From: Octopus vulgaris
Lineage: Eukaryota
Reading direction: 5' to 3'
DNA: 64,000 bases
Assembly: GCA_951406725.2 (NCBI GenBank)
Contig: OX597836.1
Location: forward strand, 7,998,001 to 8,062,000
The notes under the pieces were generated by a model. The model ran no database searches. It had not been told where the DNA came from and was given only the letters and a program-made list of their open reading frames with translations. Of this stretch, positions 1 to 12,638 are shown in pieces. A program made the translations under genes and the position numbers. How positions within the stretch are numbered: position 1 is the first letter of the stretch; each line of letters starts with the position of its first letter.

Positions 1-133
1 AGATTTCGATGATGTGATTGTATATTTTTAGAATGACATTGTAGGGTAGGTGTGAGATGTTGGATTGGTCAGTATGAACACTAAACAGGTAGAAAACTTG
101 GGCTGATATGATCGGTTTAAATGCTAAAGGGTT
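1..133. mobile_element. End of an older piggyBac-type MITE (CCCTTTAGCATT family), cut by the window edge
   Basis: Ends in tttaaatgctaaagggtt; body matches the copies at 12.2-12.6 kb, 25.6-26.1 kb and 36.0-36.5 kb. Confidence 0.7.
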
Positions 134-875
134 GAATGATGATGGTGTGTGTGTGTGTGTGTGTTTTGGAGTGCTGTACACCATTGTCTAGATATTATGT
201 GATGGTTGTGAGAGTCAGCATCACACAAAGTGATGTTGTTTGTTCCAGTCTTCCATGAAAATTTGTCAGGCCATAGAGAAATATCTTACTTGTAAACAGG
301 CGAAGGTTAGCAAAAGAAAATGCACCCAACTGAAAAAAACCTGCCTTAACAAATTCTGCCTGACCCTTGCAAGCATGAAAAAAATTATGGAGCCAGCTCT
401 TTGTTGTTCTTCAGATGAGAGACCAAGCTGTCCATGGTTAGGATGCTGGTCTTTCACAAGCAGCTTTCTCTCAGGAGCAGTATGGAATATGGTACTTCCA
501 ATCAACAAATTAGACATTAGGCTCTCAGCCATTCAATGCTTCCAGTAGTTTGTTGTAAATTCTACTTAATGGTAACTTATTAGTTCTTCGTTTAATGCTG
601 TGTTGATATGCACCATACTAGATATAGGTGCAGAATAGCAACAACAATAACTGCTCTATTCAATTCCTCTTGAATACCTTAGCTCAGACCACCACAAATC
701 CTACAAGCGAGCAAACAATGGTACCCCCATGTAGTCATCTAACCTGCTAGAAACAGCAGCTAAACATCCATTAAATCACACATTTTACTGTCTTCAAGGA
801 TGTTATTGTCTGCACGGTGAATTAAGACTCAGGGCTAAAAAAAACTTACAGTTGTTGGATTGTACATTATTGTGA

Positions 876-1068
876 TACCTACATACAGCAATAGAGTGTA
901 CCTCACTGTGGTACTGACATATAGCAGTGGAGTATACCTAACTGTGGTACCAACAGCAGTGAAGTGTACCTCAGTGTGGTATCTGCTTGCAGCTAGGTAG
1001 ACTGTACTTCAATCTGGTAACCAGTTATAGCAAGGTAGATTTACTTACAGATCTACTTACAACAAGGC
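876..1068. repeat. Diverged ~32-38-bp minisatellite, 4-5 copies
   Basis: tacctcactgtggta-like core at 899, 935, 967 and 1005. Confidence 0.75.
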
Positions 1069-1199
1069 ATGAATCTTATTGTAGCTCTTCAGTTAATAAA
1101 TAATGTAACTGTTTTTCTCATCCTTATAAAACCAAACTCAGTAAATATGAGGTATTTGTAACATATTAACTACACCTTACAAGATATATAACATACACT

Positions 1200-1412
1200 G
1201 GCAACGATCTGGCAGAAACGTTAGCACGCAGGGCGAAATGCGTAGCCGTATTTCATCTGCCATTACATTCTGAGTTCAAATTCTGCCGAGGTCGACGTTG
1301 TCTTTCATCCTTTCGGGATTGATAAATTAAGTACCAGTTACGCACTGGAGTCAATGTAATCGACTTAATCCTTTTGTCCTTGTTTAGCCCCTTGTGGGTA
1401 GTAAAGAAATAG
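1200..1412 (+). mobile_element. tRNA-derived SINE family B (Meta-domain-like), full copy
   Basis: A box tggcagaaacgttag, B box gagttcaaatt, central ctttcatcctttcgggattgataaattaagtaccag; many other copies in the window. Confidence 0.85.
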
Positions 1413-2631
1413 ATATATAACATACGAGATATATATATACTATATAATAAGGGTATTCCAAAATGAAGACAAAACCAAACATGAATTGTACAAGCAAGAC
1501 ACGATCCTCCACCTTGTCTAGGAGGATGATAAAATCAAGTAAAAACTGGCTTGGATTGGTGATAATCTGTCCAACCCAGGCTAGCATGGAAAGCAGAAAT
1601 ATAATAATGCATGAATACATATAGAGGATTGATAGCACACATTAAAAAATTATTCTTGCATTAATAAATCTATCTTTGCATATTTACACACACACACACA
1701 CACACAATCATAGTAAAGATCATGATTAAAATTATATTTCATCATCACCATTATCATCAATGTTAAATGATTGTATATATGTGTGAATGTAAATATTTTG
1801 TGTGTGTGTGTGTAATATTTATGTATCTATGTGCAAGCATCAGTGTGTTGTATATAATCGTTACTGCGATTGTATCTCAGTGCATATTAATACATACACA
1901 CATATATTCACATATACAATTGTAGTGCATATACCACTACAATGATGACAAACACACACATGCGAAAAGAAAAACCCCATATTTGCATTCATAAATATAC
2001 ATGTACTCAGACACAACCATAGTCAAAATTATACTCAACACATACAAATACAAAGACCACACACATACACACAAAGAAGACACTCGTGTAGCACATTGCG
2101 AAAGTAAATCCAATTGAGTGCTGGATTAAGATTGCATAGAAAGGAATGAGTGAGTGAGAGAGAGAGAGAGAGATACTCTCTTAGTTCCAACCAAACTCAC
2201 CTCTCCTCCTACTGTATGTATGGAGAGAGAGAGAGAGACTGTCAATAACAAATCAGTGGCTTCTCAACCCACAACCCTCTATCTATCTAGCCATTTATGT
2301 ATGTGTATCAATCTATCTCACCATCTTGCTATCTATCTGCCTACCTACCTACCTACTTACATTCCTACCTATCCTATCTTATAGATTCCCTCAGGTAACA
2401 CAACAAACATGTAATTAGTTCAATTAATGAGTATGTTACTGATTAAGAACAGAAACCAAACTGTTGTAAATAGGTTGCAGCTATCCTAGTTTATAACACC
2501 AACACACACACACAAAAAGTGATGTATAATTGTGTGTGTGTTTGTAAGATAAAATGTTGCTAGGAAAGACATCTATCCATCCACCTGTATCTACCTATCT
2601 ATATGTATGTATGTATGTATGTATGTGTGTG

Positions 2632-2662
<31 letters not shown>

Positions 2663-2666
<4 letters not shown>

Positions 2667-2915
2667 TCATCATCGTTTAACGTCTGCTTTCCATGCTAGC
2701 ATGGGTTGGACGGTTCAACTGGGGTCTGGGAAGCCAGAAGGCTGCACCAGGCTCAGTCTGATCTGGCAGTGTTTCTACAGCTGGATGCCCTTCCTAACGC
2801 CAACCACTCCGTGAGTGTAGTGGGTGCTTTTTACGTGCCACCGACACGGAGGCCAGGCGAGGCTGGCAAACAGCCACGATCGGATGGTGCTTTTTACGTG
2901 CCACTGGCACGGAGA

Positions 2916-2917
<2 letters not shown>
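2663..2917 (-). mobile_element. SINE family C (RTE-type tail ending in (GAT)n), young copy
   Basis: catcatcatcgtttaacgtc..ccatgctagcatgggttggacgg..ggatgcccttcctaacgccaacc; flanked by (TA)n on both sides. Confidence 0.85.
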
Positions 2918-2960
<43 letters not shown>

Positions 2961-3713
2961 TGTGAACATACACACATACGTAAGTGAATTTGTTAGTGGC
3001 AATATGTATAACTGTATGCATGTGTGTGTTTTATAATACAGCACACACATATCACTGTTTTCATTTTATGTCCACTCTTGATGCTGGCAGAGGTTGAGGT
3101 CTTCATTGTTCAGGTGAGTTCCTTGTATGTGAAAGTGGTGGTGGTGGTGGTGGTGGGGAGTTACATAGAAGTTGTGGATAAGGAGAGATAGAAAAGAAAC
3201 ATGACCAAAAGGGTGACAGAAAAAAAAACTGTATAAAATGTTGAGAGAAAAAGAGTAATAGAAGAGATCTAGAGTAATCATAGGAGCTTGGAAGTTGTTG
3301 ATAAAGTGAAACAGCCATGAGGGTTGTTCAGTGTTTGTAAGGAGATGGAGTATTTATTTATTTTAAATTAAATCATTCTGGAGGATGAGTACCCAAAGCT
3401 CTTTTTTCAGTGTGTATTGAGCAGGTATCTTCTTTTATAGCCTTGGGCCAACCACAGCTTTGTGAGTGAATTTGGTAGACAAAAACTGAAAGAAGTGAGT
3501 TGTATATCTATGTGCATGTGTGTACCCTCGTCTAGGCATAACAAGATGGTTGTAAATGAGCACCAGTGTTCAATAAGCAAGGTTGATTGTTTCCAATGAA
3601 AACATGTCTAGTCACAAGAAGGGCATCCAGCCACAGAAAATCAGTCTCATTTGAACTATGCAAGCATGTAAAAGTGGATCTAGTGGGCAGGGAATTCAGC
3701 TTACAATCCTTAA

Positions 3714-3935
3714 CCCTTTCATTACCAACCCGGCTGAAACCGGCTCTGGATCTGTAGTACAAAATGTCTTGTTTTCATAAGTTTTGAATTGAAATCTTCC
3801 ACCAAACCTTAGTCACAATTTATGTTCCTAACACTAGCTGAATGATAACTAAGTTATTTTACTAAATTCTCTGTTATATTTAAAGTAATTGAAAGAAACA
3901 CAGAGCATCTCAAAATAAATACAGTAACGAAAGGG
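3714..3935 (+). mobile_element. piggyBac-type MITE, young family, copy 1
   Basis: TTAA on both sides (3710-3713, 3936-3939); TIR CCCTTTCATTAC / GTAACGAAAGGG; nearly identical to 27879-28096. Confidence 0.9.
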
Positions 3936-4402
3936 TTAAAGGTGTTGTGTCCTTAAGATACTTTATTTCAAGTTGTTCCAGTTTCCTCAGCTAACAAAAG
4001 TTGTACCTGTAATTCTAAGGAACAGCCTTGTCACACTATGTATCATGCTGAATCTCCCAGAGAACTACATTAAGGGCATGCATCTAAGGAGTGCTCAGCC
4101 ACTTGCATGTTAATTTCACATGCAGGCTGGTTCATTGGCTCAATCAACCTGGAACATTCATCCTTGTATCCGACAGAGTGCCAGTTTGATATATATATAT
4201 ATATATATATATACATACATACATACATACAAGGGATAATTTTAACTGTTATAGGTATTTTAATATGCTGCCATTTTTTCTTGATGAAATTTTTCTCTGT
4301 AGAAAGACTTCATCCTATATTAGTAGTATATATATATATATTTCCATTCTCCGTCCAACCCGTGCTAGCGCGGAAAACGGACGTTAAACGATGATGATGA
4401 TG

Positions 4403-4433
<31 letters not shown>

Positions 4434-5820
4434 TGTATATATACATACATATACATGTATACATATATATGATAATCTCCTACACACTCTCCATCTACAA
4501 AATAATTCATTCACAAGGCTGGTCAACATAAGAAAAAAAAAAAAAAAACCCCTGCCAGCAAAGCGCTGTGCAATGACTTTGAACCTGAGACCAAATGGTT
4601 GCAAAGTAAACTTCTTAAGCATGCAGCCAAGCCTACAACGCAGAGAGAGAGAGAGTGGGGAGCGGGGAGAGAAGATTTAGTACATTGATCTATAAAACAT
4701 GGTCAGGAGCAACAAGCATGGTGTAAGTTATATAAGAGTGCAGTTTTATTTATGTTTTGTGTGTGTGCATTTGTATGCACATGCATGTGTGTATATATAT
4801 ATATAGATATAGATAGATATATATTGTGCATGTGTGTGTTTTACAGTAGGAAGTGCAAAAAGTATGATTCTTTTTTTTTCTCTCTCTTTTTATGAATGTA
4901 AAATTAGAAAGGTGGGAGGGGGGAAATAGACAGGAAGTGTGTGAAGAGGAGAGGGGAAAGTGAGTTGTGAGAGAGATTAACGGAGGGAGGGGGGTTGGCT
5001 TTAGTTTGTGTGTAAGAATGAAAGAGAGTATAGTATAGGGAGGAAGGAGGGGTGTGATTGCATTGTTAACAACAGCTGCTGTTGATAGGAGGAGGGGAAG
5101 GAGAAAGAGATAGAAAGAAAGAGAGCATCAAGCAAACAGAATGAAAAAAAGAGAAGATATGAAAAAAGAGAAAAGGAAGAAGTAGAGTCTATAATGGCTG
5201 GTTGTTTGAGTTTAGAAAACTACCTGTTCACTTTAAAAGTGACACATATGAGAGATAGATAGAGCAGCCATGATATAAGCAGATGATTTTTTTTTTTAAT
5301 CCAAAAAAAAAAAAAAAAAAAAAAACTATATAAAAAAACTGAAACCAATGTGTGAAACACTGACTGGATGTAAAATAGTAAAAGTTGATAGTGACTTACA
5401 CTGAGTATGTTTACAGGAAGTGACCCGAGTGTGTGTGTTTTACTAGTTACATCGTAGCTTACATGGCTCGTATTATTTTGATAATTCATGTTGACCACCA
5501 ATTTATTGTACATAAATTTGGAATGATATCGACAGTAGGAGGACACTGTGTGTGTAAAATGTGTGGTGTTGGTGCTAGAGGCCTGCTATCTATATTTTAT
5601 GCATCTTAGATGTGTGAAATATGGTAGTGAAACTTCAACTGTGAAAGCAAATGAGGACTAGATACAGGTGGTGGGTGTATATAAGATGTATGATAGGTGT
5701 ATGACAGGACTTACATGATGTATGTAATAAAGATGTGTGAGGGTGTAGAACAGAGAGACTATATAACTAATAGATAAGATATGTAGTGTGTCCTGATACT
5801 GTAGAGTATTATATATGCTT

Positions 5821-6029
5821 TTCTACTCTAGGCACAAGGCCCGAAATTTTTGGGGAGGAGGCCATTCGATTAGATTGACCCCAGTATTCAACTGGTACTT
5901 AATTTATCGACTCCAAAAGGATGAAAAGCAAAGTTGCTTGGCGGGATTTGAACTCAGAATGTAAAGATAGACGAAATACCACTAAGCATTTCGCCCAACA
6001 TGCTAACGTTTCTTCTAGCTCGCTGCCTT
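5821..6029 (-). mobile_element. SINE family B copy
   Basis: Reverse complement of the family B head and core (aaggatgaaaagcaaagt..gatttgaactcagaa). Confidence 0.85.
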
Positions 6030-6122
6030 ACAGAGTATTATATATGGTGTGCATAATGTTTTATGGTGGTCTATATAGAGGACTACATGTGGTGTGTGCC
6101 AGTATGTAAAAGTGAAACATGA

Positions 6123-6715
6123 ACAGGCATTGCTGTGCTAAGTAAGAAGCTTGCTTCCCAACCACATGGTTCCGTGTTCAGTCCTATTGTACGGTAGCTT
6201 ATGCAAGTATTTTCCACTATAGCTTCAGGCTGATCCAAAGCTTTGTGAATGGATCTGGAAGATGGAAACTGAAAGAAACCCATCATGTGTGCGTGTGTGT
6301 CCTCCACTACCACTTGACAACCGGTGTCCGTGTTTGCGTCTCTGTAATTTAGCGGTTTGGCAAAAGAGACTGATAGAATAAGTACCAGGCTTAACAAGAA
6401 ATAATAATAATAATCCTTTCTATTATAGGCACTAAGTCTGAAATTTGTGGGTAGAGAGCAAGTCGATTACATCGACCCCTGTGCGTAACTGAGAGGATGA
6501 AAGGCAAAGGCAACTTCAGAGGAAATTGAAATCAGAACGCAAGGTTGGACAAAATGCCACTAAGCATTTTGCCCAGCATGCTAACAATTCTGCCAGCTCA
6601 CCACCTTAATAATAATAAACAAAAAAAGAACACTGGGGGTCAAATTCTTTCAACTAAAAATTCAAGGTGATGCTCCAGCATGGGTGCAGACAAACAAATT
6701 AAAGATTAAAGATAA
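6123..6715 (+). mobile_element. tRNA-derived SINE family A (CORE-like) with a nested family B copy (~6415-6608)
   Basis: Head agcttgcttcccaaccacatggttccgtgttcagtcc, body gatggaaactgaaagaaacc, tail tgctccagcatgg. Confidence 0.8.
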
Positions 6716-6790
6716 AATGAATGTATAACATTCACTACCTGCATTGCAATCACTTTCTGTATACACTCCCTATATCATTCTACATTTTAC

Positions 6791-7195
6791 TTAACCCTTT
6801 TGATACCAACCCTGCCTGAGGCTGCCCCTGGTCCTTTGATACAAATTCCATGTCTTAAAATGATCTAAATTAAAATCAATCAAAACTTCCATGTTAACTT
6901 CCAAAAAACAGCTAAATAATAACAGAAAGTGATTTTATTAAATTCTTCACTATTTTGAAAATTACCATATTTTAATATGTCTAAAGAACCCTCCTAATTT
7001 TCTGGGTTTAAAATTTGGAAGAAAGGTTTTGTAAGGTGTTATAATACTATCCATGTATAAGAAACTCCCATATTCTTTTAATCTAATTTTTGATAAAAAA
7101 AAAAAAAAAGGGTTCCTTTTATACACAATAAAATATGGTAATTGAAATTAAGGCTGTGTGTTTCAACAGAAAATATAGTAACAATATGTTTTAAA
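6791..7195. mobile_element. piggyBac-type MITE (CCCTTTTGATACC family) carrying a nested element
   Basis: ttaacccttttgataccaacc start; related copies at ~14743-14945, ~20215-20400 and ~51830-52330. Confidence 0.65.
6965..7138. mobile_element. pogo/Tigger-type MITE nested in the piggyBac MITE
   Basis: TA|CCATATTTT..AAAATATGG|TA terminal inverted repeat; removing it restores the host motif aaaattaattgaaa. Confidence 0.7.
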
Positions 7196-8524
7196 TACAT
7201 TACATAAAAAGACCAACGTCATGTTTCAGATCAGCCTATATCTATAAAACTAAAACGCCTTTCACTTCATTCTCTTACTGGACTGTGGCCAGGCTGGGGC
7301 ATCACCATGAAGCATTTTAGTTGAATAAATCGAACCCACAATATTTTTAAAGTCAGACATTTATTCTATATTTATTCTCTTTTGCCAAACTGATTAAGTT
7401 ATGAGGATGTAAACAAACCAACAGCTATCATGCACTGGAGGGTACCTAACACTGATACACACACACATTTGACAAGCTTCAACACAGTTTTTGTCAAACC
7501 AAATTCACAAGGCATTGGTTGACCTGGAGCAATAGCAAAATACACTTGCCCAAGGTTCCATGCAATGAGACTGAATTAACTGGTTACAAAGTAAGCTTCT
7601 TAACCAAAGCCATGCCTGCATTTGTAAAAACAAAACAAAAAATTCTGAGAGAGAGAGGGGGGGGGGGCATTCCAGATCCACTTAAGTTGAGTTAGAGGAA
7701 AACCGCTTGTAGCTAGAAATAGCAGCCAAATCTTTTCACACACTACCACAAGGAAGGGCATATTATGTAATCTGTTATGTACATGCATGGGATAGTCAAT
7801 GCCAGAATGTTATTTCATTATAAGAGTCTGCTTGACCAGGGATAAACAAGCTGGAGCCAACAACAACAACCATCCTTATCACTGAGAAATACCATCATCA
7901 TCATCATCATTAAACGTCTGTTTTCCATGCTGGCATGGGTTGGGCAGTTGGATAGGAGCTTGCTAGCCAGAGACCTGTACCAGGCTCCAACTGTCTGTTT
8001 TGGAATGGTTTTAAAGATGGATGCCCTTCCTAATGCCTTTACAGAGTGTACTTGATGCTTTTTTACATGGCACCAGCATGGGTGTGTTTTAGGTGGCACC
8101 AACACAGATGTTTCTTATGTGGCACCAGCATGGGTGCTGTTTACATGGCAGAAGGAATTTGGAGAAGATTTTCTATAGCTGGATGCCCTACCTGTCGACA
8201 ACCCTAACTGGTTTCCAAGCAAGATAGTATTTTTCCATGGTCACGGAAAACTGGAAATGAACAACATCACTTGTATGATGATTGTACTCATTTACAAACA
8301 CCATGTGATGTCTAGGTAAGGGTGCACACACACAAACGCATGCATACACAAGCACATGCGTGACAGGTTTCTTTGAGTTTCTTTCAACCAAATCCACTCA
8401 CAAAGCCTTAGTCAACCCTTGGCTACAATAGAAGACACTTGTCCAAGGTACTCCACAGTGAGTCTGAATCAAAGATCCAAACTTGTTAGCCTCAGAGCAC
8501 CCTTGCACTTCAAAAAATTATGCA

Positions 8525-8582
8525 TTCCCATGCTGGAAATTGAACCCAGACTACCTGATGAAAGCCACTAGACCACATTGGA
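8525..8582 (-). pseudogene. tRNA-Glu(TTC)-like pseudogene with ~13-nt internal deletion
   Basis: Minus strand TCCAATG TGGTCTAGTGG CTTTCATCAGGTAGTCTGGGTTCAATTTCCAGCATGGGAA: A box, B box, acceptor stem 6/7 paired, resembles metazoan tRNA-Glu(TTC). Followed by a T6 tract (8517-8512). Confidence 0.65.
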
Positions 8583-11500
8583 AAGTCTGTTACAAAATAA
8601 TTAAAATTAAAGTCTTTCAAGTGGACTGCCATACAGATTTTATCGACACAAATGTCCTCACAAGGCTAGGATTGGTCCACAAAAGACACATGCTAAAAGT
8701 ACTGCACAGAAGAATTGAACTTGGAACTCTTTTCTTCCAATAATAAATTATCTGAAACAACAACTCCAACAGCTGGCTGATTTCTTGTGTGGGCATGGAA
8801 GGTATTTTTTCTGACAAGGTATAGGGATACACAGCCCACAGGGAGGTCTTCCTCTTGGCGCTCTTCATTTTTTGTTTTCGTTTGCCTCTCCCTCCATCAA
8901 AGTTCAACATTATTTTGTCAATATCTTTACCATCACATTCATAATGTTTATCCAATAACTCACCCCAAAGCAGGGTGTTAGCAAAGAGTTTGGTACCACC
9001 CTGAAAATATCTATCCACAACAACCTCCACTTAATGTGATATATCATAATGACGGTGGTTAAGGAACATGGTAGGGGTGGTTTTGATCAACTTAGATCAA
9101 TCAAAAGATTTTGATAGGATCAACCACTAATACTTGGCAGCTGGTTTTGATCTGGTCTTCTACAGTTGGACAACCGCCATGTCCTGCCATTCACCCTAAC
9201 CACATGCTCAATGAATCGGGGTGAATAACCACCTATTGGAACTAATCAGTATCATGTGCTCAGTCTTAATATTTATCTTTTTATTACTTAATAGCTTCAG
9301 TCACTGGACTCTGGCCAAGCTGGGTCATTGTCCTGAAGGGTTTAGCTGAACCCAGTAATTACTTTTTAGGTTTTGATACTTATTCTATTAGTCTCTTCTG
9401 CCAAACTGGTAAGTTACAGAGATGTAAACAAAGCAACATTGGTTGCCAAGCAGTGGGGAAGAGGGAACAAGCACACACACACACACACATAGTAATCCAG
9501 TAATGATTCAACTGGCTAAAACTTTGGAGTTACTGCCACAAATAGTTTCGTCCAAGCATAATAAATTTGCACTCTACGAAAGTATAGAGCAGTGCTCCGC
9601 AACCTTTTTTCATTTGAGGTACACTTATATCCTTTTCAAAATTCAGCGGCACACCTGAACTAGAAATATAACTAAAAGTATAAGGAAAAACATTCTGCAG
9701 AGCTTGACTTTGCCTTTTATCCTTTTGGGGTTGATAAATTAAGCACCAGTGAAACAAGGGTCAATTTGATTGATTAGTCCCCTCCTGCAAAAGGATTATA
9801 ACTGAACATAAAACTAAACATTAACTTTAATACACACACACACACAATGGACTTCAACACAGTTTCTATCTACTAATTCACTCCCAAGGTATTAAGCAGT
9901 TCAGGGCAATAATAAAAAGACATTTGCCTAAAGTGCAGAACAGTGGGATTGAACCTAAAACCATGTGGCTGCAGGGTGAACTTCTTAACCACACAGCCAT
10001 GCCAGCACCAAGTGGACAAATTCCCTAAATTATTTTTATATTTCATTTAATGTCTGATTAAAACTTGGGTGGTGGGGTTGTCCAGAAAATACAGGTAGGG
10101 GCTGTTTTTTTTTAAAAACCCATATAAGGGTCCTGCAACAGAATAACCTTGAAAGCTGCTGCATTAAATAACGCTGTCTTTAATACACCCTACACACACT
10201 TTGCCTGAATGTAAGGAGGTGGTCATGACTGGAACACCTTTGGTTATATAGGCCTGTTGGATCTCGGTGGGGCTGATGACCTGAGGCTAAATAAACAATA
10301 ACAGCTGGCAAAGGACACATTAGATAATGTAGTCCAAGATATAATAACCCTTAAAAGATGAGATGGTCATCTTTGGAATGTCATCAACAACAGGTAGTAA
10401 TTGTAGCAAAAGGGTGGTGGTGGTAGTAGTAGAGGTGGTGGTTGTGTTATGTTCTTTGTTTTATATTAACCTAATTTCTTCTCTCTTTCTCTGTTTTTGC
10501 CACCATCATTTTTCTATTGTCTCCTGGTTTACATCAGCTTCACATGTCACATTCCTACCACACACACATACGCACAGGGTATAACACCAGCATACACAAG
10601 AACACACACAGCAATATCAGCACACACACACACACATATTTACACACCTAAGAAGGAAGAATGAAAGAGGCAATCAGTTATTGTTACAACGATAGATAGA
10701 AAGATAGATGGATGGATGGATGGATGGATGGATGGATATAGAGCAAAGGTAAACAGAGAAGATAATATAATGATATAGGTGTGTGTGTGTGTGAGGGAGG
10801 GAGAAGAGAAAGAGATAGAAAGAGAGAGAGATAAAAGACAACAGATAAGAGAGAGCAATATAGATATGTATGAGATGGAGAGTAGCAGAAAGAGGAGGAA
10901 TAGGAGGAAAGCCATCAGCTGTTCACAAGGTGAATGAACTCTCTCTGAGAACTATTTTAAAATATCGATTTTCCCTAGTTATTATTATCAAGAAGGAATT
11001 ATTATTATGAGTAGGACACAACAATGTGGTGGTGGTGGTGGTGGTGGTGGTGATGGTCATGTGGTAGAATGGTGAGTGATGAAGAAGACTCGTGTTGTTG
11101 TATAGAGATCTAATAGATGTGTGGTGGTGGTGGTAGTGGCAGTGGTGAAGGTGTGCTGCTGATTGCTATACCAGACTCTTGTTGTTTGGACGAAGATGAT
11201 TGGAAATAAATTAGAATGGCTCGTGTTACCTGCTAGGTATACGAAAGTAAACAAAATATAATGTGTGTGAGTGTGTAATATACATATATATATATCTATT
11301 ACACACTAAGTCATATATATATATATATATACACACATATATATATATACATATATATAAACACATATATATCTTCACTGTGTGTATGTATTTACATTCG
11401 TCTGTCACCTGGCTCTCTTGTATGTATGCGTGTGTGTGTATATATTACACACACACAAGGGACTTCTTTCAGTTTCCACCTAGCAAATCCATTCACAAAG

Positions 11501-11614
11501 CTTTTGCTGGCCTGGGGCTATAAGTAGAAAACACCTCTTGCTCAAGGTGCCACAGCGGGACTGAATCTAGACCCATGTGGTTGGGAAGCAAGCTTCTTAC
11601 CACACAGCCACACC

Positions 11615-11672
<58 letters not shown>

Positions 11673-12218
11673 GCCAAACTGTTATGGTGTTGCACTCATG
11701 ATTGCTAGATTGTGATTTCAATTCCTGGACCAGGTGGTGCATTGTGTTCTTGAGCAATACTTCATTCCATGGTGTTCTGTGGCCACTTTGACACCTGACG
11801 TGCAATATGCCATGCACTTAGTCGAGCAACATCCATTTCACATACATTTGATCTTCGACGGAAGATTCTATCGGATATATACTTTAACCATCTCTAAAAA
11901 GTAAGACCTGGTAACTGGTACCACACTTCGCTAATTATTTAAAATATAACCAAATAAACACTATCTCTATTATCCTACTGCTGATCCAGCAGAACATTGA
12001 AAATATGACAACTGGAGGAAGAAAATGCTGTACTGGCATTTGTTTTTAGCTGCATGAACTAGAACATAAAATGTGCCTTGCCGAAGTATACAGCATAGTG
12101 TCCAGTCCAATATTCAAACTATATGAACTTGAGCTTAATACTCTAAACCACAATGCCAAGCCCTAACTCAAATCATTAAATAAACCACTTTTAATAGGCT
12201 AAAGCAGGGTTAAAGCTT

Positions 12219-12638
12219 TAACCCTCTAACATTCAAACAGCCGAAATACTCTGCCAGTTATGTTCAAACCAACAAGATCCAGCCTCTTACACTGACTCTA
12301 CAATATCATTCTAAAGATAATCACACCATCAAAATCTCAAAGCTACAAATATATGCACGATTAATTTAAAACAATGTAGATAAATAAGTATTACATCTGA
12401 AAGAGTAATCTGAATGTTAAAGGATTAAATTAACATGTTTGCATTTAATCCAGCCTCATATTTCATGTTAAAACCGACCAGATCCAACCTCTGGCATCTG
12501 CCCTACAATGCAATTCCAAAAATATACAATCACATCATCAAAAATCTTGAAGCTACAAAATAGTGTACAATTAATTCAAAACAATGTGAATAAATAAGCA
12601 TTACATTTGACAAACAAATCTGAATGCTGAAGGGTTAA
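12219..12638. mobile_element. Two tandem copies of the CCCTTTAGCATT piggyBac-type MITE
   Basis: ttaaccctctaacattc..aatgttaaaggattaa (~12428), then a second body ending aatgctgaagggttaa (12638). Confidence 0.75.

Noticed and set aside
240-548. Overlapping ORFs near the window start
   Set aside because: The 5' part is a SINE tail; the rest has no Ig or FN3 signature or clear splice sites.
876-1068. CRISPR-like periodicity
   Set aside because: Eukaryotic context, no unique spacers, no cas genes.
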